Below are positions 23,201-33,662 of a stretch of 38,799 nucleotides of DNA, one piece after another (position 1 is the stretch's first letter; every line of letters begins with the position of its first letter). The DNA is taken from assembly GCA_002256025.1 (NCBI GenBank), contig NKIB01015014.1, positions 1 through 38,799 on the forward strand, written 5' to 3'. The notes beneath the pieces were generated by a model. That model was given only the letters and a program-made list of their open reading frames with translations, did no database searches and was not told where the DNA came from. This DNA comes from Asterionella formosa (taxonomy: Eukaryota). A program made the translations under genes and the position numbers.

Positions 23201-23991
23201 TTCTCAACTACTGCTATGGTCATCCCTTATCATCAATTCTCCTCTTTCCTTATGCCCCTGTCACAAACTATATTAACCACGATAGCGAATCTGCCAATGT
23301 GGAGTTACAGTGGTCAACTCTTCCCAGTCATCGAGCTGAGTGGCTCAACCGATCTGTTGATGACCTCATGATGGAAGATCATGCTGGTCTTGTAATGGAA
23401 TATGTGGCAATCCGAGATATCCTTCCTAATGACGAGATTCTCCTTAACTATGGAGCAAACTGGGAGGAAGAATGGAACTCACATGTTAGAAAGTGGCCAT
23501 CTGCGAAAAAAGGGAAGAATTATATTGGACCATGGAAGTTCAATAACCTCATGATGCCAGTGTCGACACTTGTGGAGCAAAAGACACATCCCTATCCCGA
23601 AAATCTGTCAACGTTCTGCTATGTCAGTGACGTGAATGAAGAACAACTGGCCATGAAGAGCGAATATGGAGACCGGACGTATGATTGGACTTTTGCCAAT
23701 GATTTGTTTGTTAGGACAACGCGAGCATATCCCTGCGATATTTTGGAACGCCATGGGAGAGATGTGGACACCTACCAGTCTGTACATCCAGAGTATGAAA
23801 CATACACAGCTCAGGTATATGTGACAGACGACACGGAGTGGATTCTCCGAAACATGCCTCGGAGAGCAATAGAATTCTTTGATAATGCCTATGAAAGTGA
23901 TATGTTTTTGCGGATGGCCTTTCGGCATGAAATTGGTTTACCAGATCATATGATTCCAGAAGCTTGGAAAGATTTGGATGGATACAAATGA
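20275..23991 (+). CDS. Signal-peptide SET-domain protein methyltransferase (diatom BacSET-like) with four SET domains, 1238 aa
   Basis: Signal peptide. Two units of about 579 aa, each with CxxYMAESS.P..G.GMYT / ANSH / E.FVEYG, then G.GAFATR / INH / E.I..NYG, ending AFRHE..LPD.MIP..W.DL. Confidence 0.85.
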   Translation: MLRRRLLSWFFMLLLAASCKAFDDYEHDHDHDNDDPVGEEVDSFVVFGTFDDQVSSNDPFTPSTTLDPPSTTTPPPALECGLYMAESSLPNSGWGMYTAVAINRGDFILPSDVVIQVNDRLAYYETTILTMNNSATSTTLPHWLIEQYYWNPRLSGATFDANKVESIIPGLGMLANSHTGLLNVENLGPMMVKDNNARRRMSQPSLGAYTEYSNLTFQAMIDIPAGHELFVEYGDDWFADREQTFGEGRIPLSQDWKRADEIISMLQQLCGKYSIGTNTSTQQQSLFCIDLWNLIRKEIQSAVNPRLLTALPETIEDVMKILESENKGTAYHSVPNLIRSQDWLQNNGLCLDHIRVDMIKDIGQGAFATRALPNGTIVAPAPVIHVHRNHLKSYIVDQNEKSQIHWEGHQLLLNYMYGHPESSLLFFPYSPATNTINHSSEPNTKIRWSSSQSKPEWLELSTDELIRKNEHAGLMMEFVAIKDIEQGEEITVNYGDSWQQAWDRHVENWVEPDNAEEFTGAHALRDIDRLPPYLETDTEKALPTNVMTVCWVKNLKRTAEVEGSNVPWTWRKTNTANVGDAQRCWIEYWQNNDSTYVVTTLVDNMYQKVKDLPRHAIEIVDRPYTSNQYLRDAFRHEAHLPDEMIPDNWRDLTITEEKCQYYMAESSIPHAGLGMYTAKALKKDQDIFFSDLVVQVEDVNVNQKLRKWHHDIQDDTPDWLMENYFWQPHNTAGTNEASDVESIVPGLGMLANSHDGLVNAHMVRPSLDNSDLRRQHDPGAGAVTYYHNLKFTASENIDAGSEIFVEYGSEWFLNRAEEMGPVPVADDFEEADILLMKFWHAIGGDPGTEMARDLWELMWSTSAPVEDSRVRMALPRDLEKVEEVLDIGTARNSVPESIRSIRWLEENGRCIDNIMPKQSTIQQAGKGAFATRHILKGDVVSPAPLVHLRREHMEIYDSRDIDNRKSKTWFDGHQLVLNYCYGHPLSSILLFPYAPVTNYINHDSESANVELQWSTLPSHRAEWLNRSVDDLMMEDHAGLVMEYVAIRDILPNDEILLNYGANWEEEWNSHVRKWPSAKKGKNYIGPWKFNNLMMPVSTLVEQKTHPYPENLSTFCYVSDVNEEQLAMKSEYGDRTYDWTFANDLFVRTTRAYPCDILERHGRDVDTYQSVHPEYETYTAQVYVTDDTEWILRNMPRRAIEFFDNAYESDMFLRMAFRHEIGLPDHMIPEAWKDLDGYK

Positions 23992-24713
23992 CAATGTAAT
24001 GACTATATTATAGAGTAGAAGCTAAATGTTCAATATCGTAGTTTGTTTTAGAGGTTTCTACATCCATTGTGTAATTTGTTTTGTTTTGACGATATTGCGG
24101 ACAAATGAAGGTTGTAAAATAATGAGCACGAGTTCAATGTAAATACATAATTGGATCCATGCTCTTGATGTTGGAACACAATGCATTAATGTCGTTGTTC
24201 TGTTTATGCACTTATCGAACAATTTTATGTTTGATTGAAGCACATGCAGGTCAACATGAATTGAATCGACTTGTGCCTGATGATGTTTGATGGTATTTTC
24301 GGCTTGTCCCAACCACAGCAGATGATCGGAAAAAATGAAAATAATGATAAACGGAGAACCGTATCTTATTCATATGTCCACCGCCTTGTCTTGATTCTTC
24401 ATACTGGTATATGAACCAATCAGATCATGAATTCCCATTTGCTACCGGCCGGTATGTAACATTGCGTGGTGTTTTTGGACATTTCCACATACAGTACTAC
24501 TGTACATATACAACAGTAAGGTCGCGTTGTCTGCTTGGTCTTTGGTGAAATACGTGTTGAAATTTAGCCAGCACCATGATGCAGTGTAAAAAGGCGAACA
24601 ACCTGCCTTGTATTTTCGTTCCCCCCTGTGTACGTAGACTGCAGTAGCGGCATGTATATCCTGTATAAAAATATTCTGGTTGGTTTTTGCAATCACAGAC
24701 AGCAGCACACACC

Positions 24714-27512
24714 ATGGCCGAGCAGTATCCTCCCCACGAACGCGAGAATTTCCAGCTTCCTCCTCGTTTGTTTTTCTTCCGGCAGCTCCGAGCATTCCGA
24801 GAACGTGGCGCAATCGAGCAGCGAGGTAACGTAGTAGTCATGGACCGGGCCAACAATGTCGGCGAACCTCCAGTCGCAGTGCTGGTTCAGATGAACGACA
24901 ACGACAACAACGGAGACAACGACGACATGTGGGCTGTCCATGACAACGACAACGACGACAACACTGCCATCAATGCGCTGCACTTACGAGGTCGCAACGC
25001 GGAGAATATCTCCAGCTTGCTCTTCGAGATGATTCGTGAGGGCTGCACGTGCACGTCCGTTCTGTCGGGGTGGCTGCGGGACGAAGAAGGCTGCAGCAAG
25101 ACTGTCCGGCAATGCACCCTCACCCCTGATCAAGCCTTTTTTGAGTCGCCTCACTCGGGACGCACTCCTCTGCACGAAGCGTGCTTGCGAAACGCCTGCA
25201 GCCATGTCATCAAGGCCTTGCTGGCGGCGAATCCCTTTGGAGTCTGGGACCGAGACATGTCGGGGAATACTCCACTCCACTTACTCTTTGCAGATAACAG
25301 TTACCGATTTGTACGGACAGAAGAAATGGATAGCATTTGTCAAGAGCTGCTGCAAAGTAATCCAGCTCAAATGGCCATGGCTAGCAATCTAGAAGGGTTA
25401 AATCCATTGCACATGGCCGCTTTAGCGCCTTCGACCATGATTCATCCCGACATTTTCGTCAAGTTAATCGGGGCCAATCCATCGTGTGCTGGGACACTCA
25501 GTCCCCGCCTGCAAACTCCTCTCTCACTATATTGTAAGCAACGACAGGCAAGCACAGAAGTAGCTGCGATTTTGCTGGCAGCGCATCCGGATGCAATTCG
25601 TCAAGCGGACTTCGAGGGGAAAGTACCCCTTCACGATGCATGTGCCCTTCTGAATACAGATTTGATTTGCTACTTAGTCCAACAAGCTCCTGACACAGCC
25701 AGATATTCGACAAGAGAGAATAGGACACCTATTCATATTTTGTGTCTAAATAATCCAAGAGACGTACATATGCCTGCCCTTGAGCTATTGCTGCAAGCAG
25801 CACCAGATGCAGTCACTGCGGCGGACTCGGTTCGCGGACAAACTCCATTACATATCGCTTGTCGATCATCTATTGATGTTATTCAACGATTGGTATACGC
25901 CAATCCAGAGGCAGCATCCATGCTAGATGAAGACAATTATACTGCCTTGCACCATGCCTGTGAAATTGGAGCTGAGTTGGAAATTATATCCTTCTTATTA
26001 GCGGCATACAAAATGGCAGCATGGGTTGTCACTCGCAAACAAGATACTGCCATTCATATGGCATGTGGTTCGAATTCATCGACGGAGACTGTTCGATTGT
26101 TGATTGAGGCCAATCCCGAAGCCCTGAGAATGACGAATGACTACGGCTTCACTCCACTACATTGTGTCTGTCGAGCCTATCAACCGAGAATGGGCATTGT
26201 CCAAGCACTCTTGGAAGCATGTCCCTCCAGCGTCATTCTCCGCACTCATGGTGGAGAAACGCCCATCCATTTAGCCTGCAGCAGTGCTGCTTTTGTCGGT
26301 GTATTGCAGCTACTGACTTCAGCACAGACATCCGTCACAGGGAAACAATTGGACTCTCAAGGCGAGCGAGAAGGCGCCAGCATTAACAAAGTGGGAAACA
26401 CACCGCTCCATGAAGCGTGCTTTAGAAACGCATCATTCGAACACATTGAAACACTGGCCAAGGCCACGCCAGAATGGATTGTTGTTAGAAATAATGCAGG
26501 ATACACGCCGCTCCAATTCATGTGCAAGGGCGGAAGATTGGACGAGCGTGTTGTGACGGCTTTTTCCAGAATTCGAGGACAGGAAGTTTTCTCGGTGATG
26601 GATGCTGCGGGACATACGCCGTTGCATTCAGCATGTCGAGAGGGAACGAACGTGGCGGCCATTCGATCCTTGATTCGAGCCTTTCCCGATGCGTTGCATC
26701 TGAAGACGACTTATGGTGACAATCCCTTACATTTGGCGTGCTTTCGAGATGCAGGTGCTGACGTGGTATATGAAGTTGCTAGAGCATCGTGCGATGGTCG
26801 CCACAAGGCACTGTTAGAGCAAAACACTGCCGGACAATCACCTATTGGGATTGCCATTGAGAAGTTTCAAACTGTTTGCAAGGGGGGCTCAGGTTGCTGT
26901 GTCACGTCTACATACACTCCGGAAAAGCGCAGAACGTTTGAAGTCCTAGCGACCCTAGTCAAGCTGTTGTACTATGGCGTGTCTCATCACGAAGATGGGT
27001 CAGGCCTTGCCTCTCTGGTCAAGGCATGTGTTTGCTTACACCGTCGAGATGTTCGCCTAGATCCTGCCTTCATCCGCAGAGCCATTCATTTACATCCCGA
27101 AGAAGTGCGTGTCGTCGATGAGGATGGCAATTTTCCACTTCACATTGAAGCTAGCATTCCCGTTGAGAAAATGTCCCTTTTGGATGGGCCTACCACGTGT
27201 GGATGTTGTCTTGGCAAGTGTCACTCTCGGGCGGAGATTCTTGGAACCTTATTATTTGCTTATCCTGAGGCGACTCGTGTGCGAAATGCAGCCGATGAAT
27301 TCCCCCTTGGATTGATGATACAGAATGGTCGATCGTGGGATCAGACGTTTGCTCTGACCTTGCGGAACTTTCCACCTGCCCTGCACTGGTACAAAGGTAT
27401 GGATGACAAATTCATTAGCTTGATTTTGGCCCGAGTTTCGAAAGAATGTGGACATGACACCTTTTATGAGCTTCTCAATAGTCGGCCTGATATGGTGCGA
27501 CGAAGAGTTTAG
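24714..27512 (+). CDS. Ankyrin-repeat protein, 932 aa
   Basis: More than 12 G.TPLH.AC-type repeats; first ATG at 24714; Asp/Asn-rich N-terminal tract. Confidence 0.9.
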   Translation: MAEQYPPHERENFQLPPRLFFFRQLRAFRERGAIEQRGNVVVMDRANNVGEPPVAVLVQMNDNDNNGDNDDMWAVHDNDNDDNTAINALHLRGRNAENISSLLFEMIREGCTCTSVLSGWLRDEEGCSKTVRQCTLTPDQAFFESPHSGRTPLHEACLRNACSHVIKALLAANPFGVWDRDMSGNTPLHLLFADNSYRFVRTEEMDSICQELLQSNPAQMAMASNLEGLNPLHMAALAPSTMIHPDIFVKLIGANPSCAGTLSPRLQTPLSLYCKQRQASTEVAAILLAAHPDAIRQADFEGKVPLHDACALLNTDLICYLVQQAPDTARYSTRENRTPIHILCLNNPRDVHMPALELLLQAAPDAVTAADSVRGQTPLHIACRSSIDVIQRLVYANPEAASMLDEDNYTALHHACEIGAELEIISFLLAAYKMAAWVVTRKQDTAIHMACGSNSSTETVRLLIEANPEALRMTNDYGFTPLHCVCRAYQPRMGIVQALLEACPSSVILRTHGGETPIHLACSSAAFVGVLQLLTSAQTSVTGKQLDSQGEREGASINKVGNTPLHEACFRNASFEHIETLAKATPEWIVVRNNAGYTPLQFMCKGGRLDERVVTAFSRIRGQEVFSVMDAAGHTPLHSACREGTNVAAIRSLIRAFPDALHLKTTYGDNPLHLACFRDAGADVVYEVARASCDGRHKALLEQNTAGQSPIGIAIEKFQTVCKGGSGCCVTSTYTPEKRRTFEVLATLVKLLYYGVSHHEDGSGLASLVKACVCLHRRDVRLDPAFIRRAIHLHPEEVRVVDEDGNFPLHIEASIPVEKMSLLDGPTTCGCCLGKCHSRAEILGTLLFAYPEATRVRNAADEFPLGLMIQNGRSWDQTFALTLRNFPPALHWYKGMDDKFISLILARVSKECGHDTFYELLNSRPDMVRRRV

Positions 27513-28051
27513 CCACTTCATATGTTTTATATAATGAATCTTATATAGCTAGCTCATCAGCCCTATGATATACCTCGATCTTAGCATGTCTGCTACTTGT
27601 GCAGGATGATGAACAGCAGGCCGTTGCATCAGTACGTCGCTAGTGTTTACAGATAAAAATAGGATGAAGTAGTCTATTGCTCTAATAATCTTTTTTACCA
27701 ATTTCGTGCTCAAGGAGGGAACTAGAGTGTACCAGGTACAGTCGGAGTTTGGTGCGGTATAGCTATACACGACTACCGGTATACTGGCAACTAGATTCAG
27801 CTCTCACGACAACCCTATGCATGTATGTAACTTTAGGCATTCTGGAGAACACCATGGCAAGATTGCTCGACTGTAGCTTGGAGATATAGGATCCAGTAAT
27901 TACTAGACTGAGATGGAAGTCTCCTTGCCTACTAATATCAAAGCAATTTTCTACTAGCAGAGAAGATATTGCCAATGACTCAAGTACAGATTCCGAATTA
28001 TCTCCTTCCCAATAGTCTGCATTTCCATCTCCATTTCCTACTGATATTTTA

Positions 28052-28395
28052 TTGGATGACGATTCTGAAAGATCCTACCAGATTATTAAGAAACAGGGAC
28101 AACCTCCCAATAATCAGAGGAAAAGAAATGCTGCAACTGCTCCCAAATATATTAAGAAGCATGGCACATACAATCAAGTAATAAATGTCTTCTTTAATGG
28201 TGAGAAACATCAGCAAGATATTTTTTGTCTTGAGGAAAACTCCAACTATGTCTTAGTTGGATGCAAGGAAATTTCCCAATAAAGCAGTTTGAAAACACAT
28301 CCAAACAAGTGGTCGATGCACTTATAGAACTTTCAAAAGCAAATGAGCGCCATACACAAATGACACTTTCCTCTCAAAGTTCCAATGCAGAATTT
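28052..28395 (+). pseudogene. Possible remnant of the second (accessory) ORF of a Harbinger element
   Basis: Broken ORF DDDSE..RKRNAATAPKYIKKHGTYNQVINVFF converging on the transposase relic; the assignment rests mainly on position. Confidence 0.35.
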
Positions 28396-28990
28396 TCATG
28401 ACACCAAAGTATAGGAAACAACAATTACTGTTGCAAACAGCTTGAACATTCAATCCATATGACATATAATGCCCAATCAATATGCTTGAGGGAAGCCATC
28501 ACAATCATTTTTTCTTGGTTTAGCAATAGTCTGTAAATATCCGTCTATAGCACCACCAATGCATCCACAAAAAAGTTGCTGCTCGCTTTTTTAAAGAAAT
28601 CCATTAATCACTGTTTGTTTCTCCTTGTTTGTTGCTTGTAGGTAATTTTATTGATAATGCAGTGCAGGAGTTCACTGCATCAATGAATGCTTTAGTGATG
28701 GCATAAACAGATGGTTAAGAAACTCCATAGACATGACAAATATATATGAGGTTTCCGCCTGCAAGCCAGCAAAGTCCGATGGCAAGGATCAACTCAGGAT
28801 AAATAAGCTGATTTGAGCTGTATAAACCGGAGCTTGCATTTGATTTGACAACATTAACTGTGATGGAAGGTCAAAGGAGTTCCAGTAGGTGATTGAGAGC
28901 TTGATGAGACATGTGATATTCATGATGAAATCTATTCTCATTAAGAAGCTTTGTGACATGCTCATTCCAGCCAATTAGTTGATGCTCCCA
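28396..28990 (-). mobile_element. Second decayed PIF/Harbinger (HARBI1-like) transposase pseudogene, 3'-truncated
   Basis: WNEHVTKLLNENRFHHEYHMS, IYPELILAIGLCWLAGG, FIDAVNSC, GCIG-AIDG (28540-28551), GHYMSYGLNVQAVCN (GLNVQAVCN at 28430-28456), FLYFGV, then the homology ends; stops and frameshifts present. Confidence 0.85.
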
Positions 28991-30352
28991 TTTTGGAATT
29001 TACACTGGCATTGAGCTTTGTTCATCGGACTCCAAAAATGATAATGCAACTGCTGCAATTAACAAAATGCTCTGTTGTTCTACTTGCTTCTATATCAAGA
29101 TTGTCAATGACAGTCAAGGCTGATGTACATGCTTGCAGAGACATAAAGAAAACGGCTAGCTGTTTTGCCATTAAAGAGATATATTTGTGAAATGTATCTC
29201 TGCAAAGATTCATTTTCTTCTGAAGATGCAAAAAAATATTTTGTATCTCTGTTAAGATTGGCCCTGTGTGACATCAAACACATACGTTGGGCTTGATAGC
29301 ACCTTCTTGCATTTATGCAAGGATAACAATAGTTTTTAGTAAGGCCTACGTATCCTACATCCTATTGATCTTAATGTTGCAAGTATAACCCCTATCATCG
29401 GGACTATTTTTCATATATTCTTACATGCCTTGCCATATTATCTTTACTTGTTCTCGCTCCGATAGTAATATTATTATTTTACCGCGTCGTTTAACTACCG
29501 GTATTTTCGTTGTATTTTTCCGGCATGAATTATGACAATTGGATTCATTCCAAAAATCCATTGAACAATTGTGGGAGGTGGCGGGGTACCGGTATCATTT
29601 TTCAGACTACCGTATGCCAGGTGCAGTTACCAGGTACCAAGGTACAATGAATTGAGAAAGTGCGCACGATATGAATGCAAAAAAAACGTACTAAATAACT
29701 ACCGGTATGTTGCAAATTATTTCTCGAGTTCTTGTTGAGTAGACAAATCATCCCCAAGCAATACCAAGGACTGTTCTCGGAGTTCGTTAAATATTCATTA
29801 TAAGAAGAAAATGTAGACCAGCATGTGAACTCTTTGGGTAGAAAACTACCAGTATTCTGCAATTGCATTCAGATGACGACACATGAGAAGCTCAAGACAG
29901 TATATTAATACAAACTGAGGGCAGTTTTAATGGCGGATGAGAAACCCGTATAGGTGCGTAAGTTCCGACTGGAGAAAATAATATATCAAAATGTGGTACT
30001 AAAAAACGAACATGAGTGATTTAGCATACCGGTACTGTAGGTAAAAATGGAAGCAGCTATGTACGTCATTACGGCCTCGAATTCAAAAATTACCACCAGT
30101 ATGTATGTACTGGTGCTTTGATGGCAAAAGTGCATGAGGATACAACTTACACAAAACTCGTCCAAACGGTGTGATGGGTCTGTCTGGGGTACAGTAATGA
30201 TTACCGGTATTCCGGACCATTCGCACGTACTAAATGTACGGTAGTAAGATAATAGAATCGTATTTGTCTGTAGTCGTGATGTCCATGAAAATAAGTGAGC
30301 CCAAAACCAACCATGAAACGAGAACTCATTTTTCCTGCAACAGCAAGGCAGT

Positions 30353-31300
30353 ATGCATGGCATCAGTTCCAAGATGGAGAGCGAAGGCGGCAAGCACATA
30401 AGGAGCCGATCAATCGGTACTGGAGCGTCTCGAATCGTCCACCAAGTGCCAAGCTCCTATTGCGACGATTGCATCAACTTCAGTGACGGCGTTTCCTTTG
30501 CCAGCACTGCTTCTGTCCTTTCAGAACGATCGCGCAAATCCGACTCCACTCAACATTCGGTAGGATCGTCCAGCAGTCATGTATCGTACAGCTCTCGGGC
30601 TAGTGATTCCATAGTTGCCAGTCAGCAACGTCGGAACGCAAATGTGAACGACAACAGTTCCAAGAAAACCCAGTGCGATCCATTTGGTGTGCATGCTCTC
30701 GGCATCGAATCTCTTAGCATCTCTTCCTTCTCATCGATGATAGGCTCCTTGGTCACGGAACCTCGCAAAGAGAAGCAGCACTCGATCAGGGTGCTTCGTG
30801 ACTTGCGTCGAGGGGCGGCTACTCGAACACCCTCTCCTTCACTGGCGGAGGGCGGGCCACTTATGCGCACTCCTACTCCTCGTGTCGTTGATCTTCAACT
30901 GAACGATCATGTCAAGATGCAGCGAATTATTGAGCACGACGGAGAGGCTCTGCCTCGGCCCAAATTGGAGACCGAACGAATTTTCGCAGACTACGCCCGT
31001 AGTCGGTCGGGGACATCCACCCCGGTGAAGCTGCCTTCGCGTTCCTCCCAGCAACAGAATCAGACTGTCGCAGTTGCGCATTCTTCCGAAGAAGAAGAAA
31101 AGTACCTGTCTAGACTATATAATATCAGGACGTGGAACATGTACAAACTCATCAACGAAGCGCGCTCCCAACAAGACCACGAACACTACGAATTGACCCA
31201 AAAACAAAACCCCTACACAAATGATCAGCTTGAGGCACAAGCCGACATGACGACTCCGTCATCTTCGCACGGTATGATGTTTCACATCGACATGGAATAA
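30353..31300 (+). CDS. Ser-rich, probably disordered hypothetical protein, 315 aa
   Basis: Intact GC-richer ORF; Y..RTWNMY.LI motif and C-terminal FHIDME resemble an uncharacterised diatom family (from recall). Confidence 0.75.
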   Translation: MHGISSKMESEGGKHIRSRSIGTGASRIVHQVPSSYCDDCINFSDGVSFASTASVLSERSRKSDSTQHSVGSSSSHVSYSSRASDSIVASQQRRNANVNDNSSKKTQCDPFGVHALGIESLSISSFSSMIGSLVTEPRKEKQHSIRVLRDLRRGAATRTPSPSLAEGGPLMRTPTPRVVDLQLNDHVKMQRIIEHDGEALPRPKLETERIFADYARSRSGTSTPVKLPSRSSQQQNQTVAVAHSSEEEEKYLSRLYNIRTWNMYKLINEARSQQDHEHYELTQKQNPYTNDQLEAQADMTTPSSSHGMMFHIDME

Positions 31301-31733
31301 CTGACCTGTACATTACATTTTCCTCGTTCCTCTCGTTTCTTACGTACATTGCTATTTTCAACTTATTCATTCCTTGGTGTTTGTTTTTCTGTGTGTGTAT
31401 ATAAATTATATCAAACGCTCAACCACCATTCTGCACATTCTTGCCATCCCCTGCCCAACATGTCAATACTTTCACTTTTCGTGGCAGAACCAGCTATTCA
31501 TTGCACACATGGCCCACTATAAACAGAGGAGTTCAGTGATGCATAATTTTTTTGTACATAAATAAACATTGTTTAGCTCGCCATCCCTGTACTGTAAACA
31601 ATAACGTGTATTGAAATACACCACCTTGCCTACTAGACCATCATTCATCACAAAGTTACTAATAGCCTTGTTTGTATGTATGAGAAATTAATACGAGAAT
31701 CCCTATACAAACATAGCTCGCTTGAGAGCAACC

Positions 31734-33662
31734 CTATAGCTCCTCGACCGTGACAAAGCCTCCAGTACCTCGGCCACCACCTTCGCTCGACTCTCGATGA
31801 AGTTGAAATGCCCAGTCTAATTGATCCATGATGGGCAAACACATTTTTCGCATAATTTCGCCGTCTTCGTTTTGGGGTAGGGCTTTGCGAACAGCTTCCA
31901 TCTCACGGTAGACCGCTTCAAGGCCTTGGACAATTCTGGCCAACTTTTGATTGTTTTGTCCGTGGTTCTGGGCTTCCACTTTTCGCAGACCAAAAAAGTG
32001 TCGTAATAGTTCTGATGATCGTCGAAAGTACGTCTGAAGGTTTTTCTTAAAATCTTCGTCTAAGTGTTCCACCATTTTGTTGGCATCATCATCTGATTTA
32101 GAGTCGTCGGCCATACGTTTCGTTAGATGAGAGAGCAGCTCTCGTCCCAGTACGGCAGAGGGGAAACACTGTTCAGTATCGATGGTAGATTCGAATTTAG
32201 ATTCAGTTGCAAGAGTTCGCATCTGGGCTGCAATCAATCTAGAAAACGCCTCGCGACGCTTCGCAGCTTCCTCTTCCGTTTCATTGACCAGAAATCGTCT
32301 CGTATGTTTATTAGAATGATATTTTTCCACGTTCGTGAGTTTTAGTTCTTCATAGTCGTTGTCATCGAATCCAGACATTCCTTGTACTTCATTGGCATCA
32401 ATTGCATTAGCGTAGTTGACCAATAACTGCATTTCCTTGTCATATCCGCCATTGGCCTTTGCGTCGTCATCGCCTTCTCGAATTACTTGATGCACACTGA
32501 GCCTCGCAACGTCTGTAAGATTGGATCCTGCTACAGCTTCGTCGGGGTGTAGTACCATTGCCCAATGTCGGTTGTACTTTTGCACAACACGTTGTCCTCT
32601 TCCATCGTCATTGTTGCTGGGTGGGTGAAGATCACGGGGTCCCTCCAAAAGTTGACCTCGTTCGGTTTCAAATGTACTGGCCAAGTCGAATTGACCAATT
32701 GCCAGATGAGTACCCATTTTCTTCCGCCGGCTAGCAATATTTTCGCTTGCATTGGACTTTTGGTTTAGCTTGGCGTCGTAACGGCTAAATAAATCGTCTG
32801 TTCCAACAGCAGCTGCTCGAGCCTCTTCTTCTTCCATGGATTTCCCTGAAGCGCCCTTGATATCCTTTCCACCTCCTAGATTCCTTGCTGCAGTTCCAAT
32901 TCTACCACGATCACGGTGGAAGAACTCGCTTTCCAGATACTTTCGCCAAAATTGCTCATCACTCAAATCCAACGGAACCTTTTCTTCATAGGCCTTGTGC
33001 ACAGCTGGGTAGAGAATGAAAATTTGTCGCATTTCCTCCACTCCCAGAACTACCTTAGATTCTTTGAAATTCAGATGCGATTGCATCAAACTAGACGTCC
33101 CTGCCTTAGTTGTCCCGCAAATCTTGGCGTACTCCTCTTCTACCAGTGATTGATGTGTCTTCCAAAAATCGTCTTCCGAAACTGTTGCGGTCTCTGTAAC
33201 GAGATATCGATGTTGAGCTCTCAATGTAGGATTCGCAGCCAGGAGAGTTGATCTTGTTACCGCCGATGCTGTTGGATCCAAGTAGCAAAAGTCAGTGGAA
33301 ACGGCCGCCGCTTCGACATTATGTGCCCGCTTTCTATTTGCAGAAGCGCGTTCGGGGGCCAATCGAACTGTGATGTCCCTGCGTAGTCGCTCTAATTCAG
33401 ATCGATTGATCAATTTGAATGCAAAATTCGTTCCGTCTTTCATGATAATCTTCATCAAGGCCTTGGGGTGCGTGGCGGGTGAGACTTGATGCTTGGACAC
33501 ATCGGCCCACGAGCACGACACGGGTTGTTGTTGTTCGCCATTCTGGGGCTGGAACTGAATGTTCTGTGCTGAAACAATCAGTGTTCCTCCGGTCTGTTTG
33601 TACACTACTTGAGGGTAGGTGATTACCGCTAATGATCCATTGGCATTGGATGGACTTGCCAT
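31734..33662 (-). CDS. GTF2H1: TFIIH subunit p62/Tfb1, 642 aa
   Basis: N-terminal PH domain (YKQTGGTL..HQVSP..KALMKI), BSD domains (SEDDFWK; IFILYPAVHKAYEEKVP..SDEQFWRKYLESEFF), ELLRHFF. Confidence 0.9.
   Translation of the reverse strand: MASPSNANGSLAVITYPQVVYKQTGGTLIVSAQNIQFQPQNGEQQQPVSCSWADVSKHQVSPATHPKALMKIIMKDGTNFAFKLINRSELERLRRDITVRLAPERASANRKRAHNVEAAAVSTDFCYLDPTASAVTRSTLLAANPTLRAQHRYLVTETATVSEDDFWKTHQSLVEEEYAKICGTTKAGTSSLMQSHLNFKESKVVLGVEEMRQIFILYPAVHKAYEEKVPLDLSDEQFWRKYLESEFFHRDRGRIGTAARNLGGGKDIKGASGKSMEEEEARAAAVGTDDLFSRYDAKLNQKSNASENIASRRKKMGTHLAIGQFDLASTFETERGQLLEGPRDLHPPSNNDDGRGQRVVQKYNRHWAMVLHPDEAVAGSNLTDVARLSVHQVIREGDDDAKANGGYDKEMQLLVNYANAIDANEVQGMSGFDDNDYEELKLTNVEKYHSNKHTRRFLVNETEEEAAKRREAFSRLIAAQMRTLATESKFESTIDTEQCFPSAVLGRELLSHLTKRMADDSKSDDDANKMVEHLDEDFKKNLQTYFRRSSELLRHFFGLRKVEAQNHGQNNQKLARIVQGLEAVYREMEAVRKALPQNEDGEIMRKMCLPIMDQLDWAFQLHRESSEGGGRGTGGFVTVEEL

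Noticed and set aside
27820..29450. Terminal inverted repeats or TSD for Harbinger relic 2 (and relic 1)
   Set aside because: Only short, weak matches found by eye, so the element boundaries were not defined
6889..33662. DNA-repair gene cluster (REV1 plus TFIIH p62)
   Set aside because: About 21 kb apart with unrelated genes between them; no evidence of functional clustering
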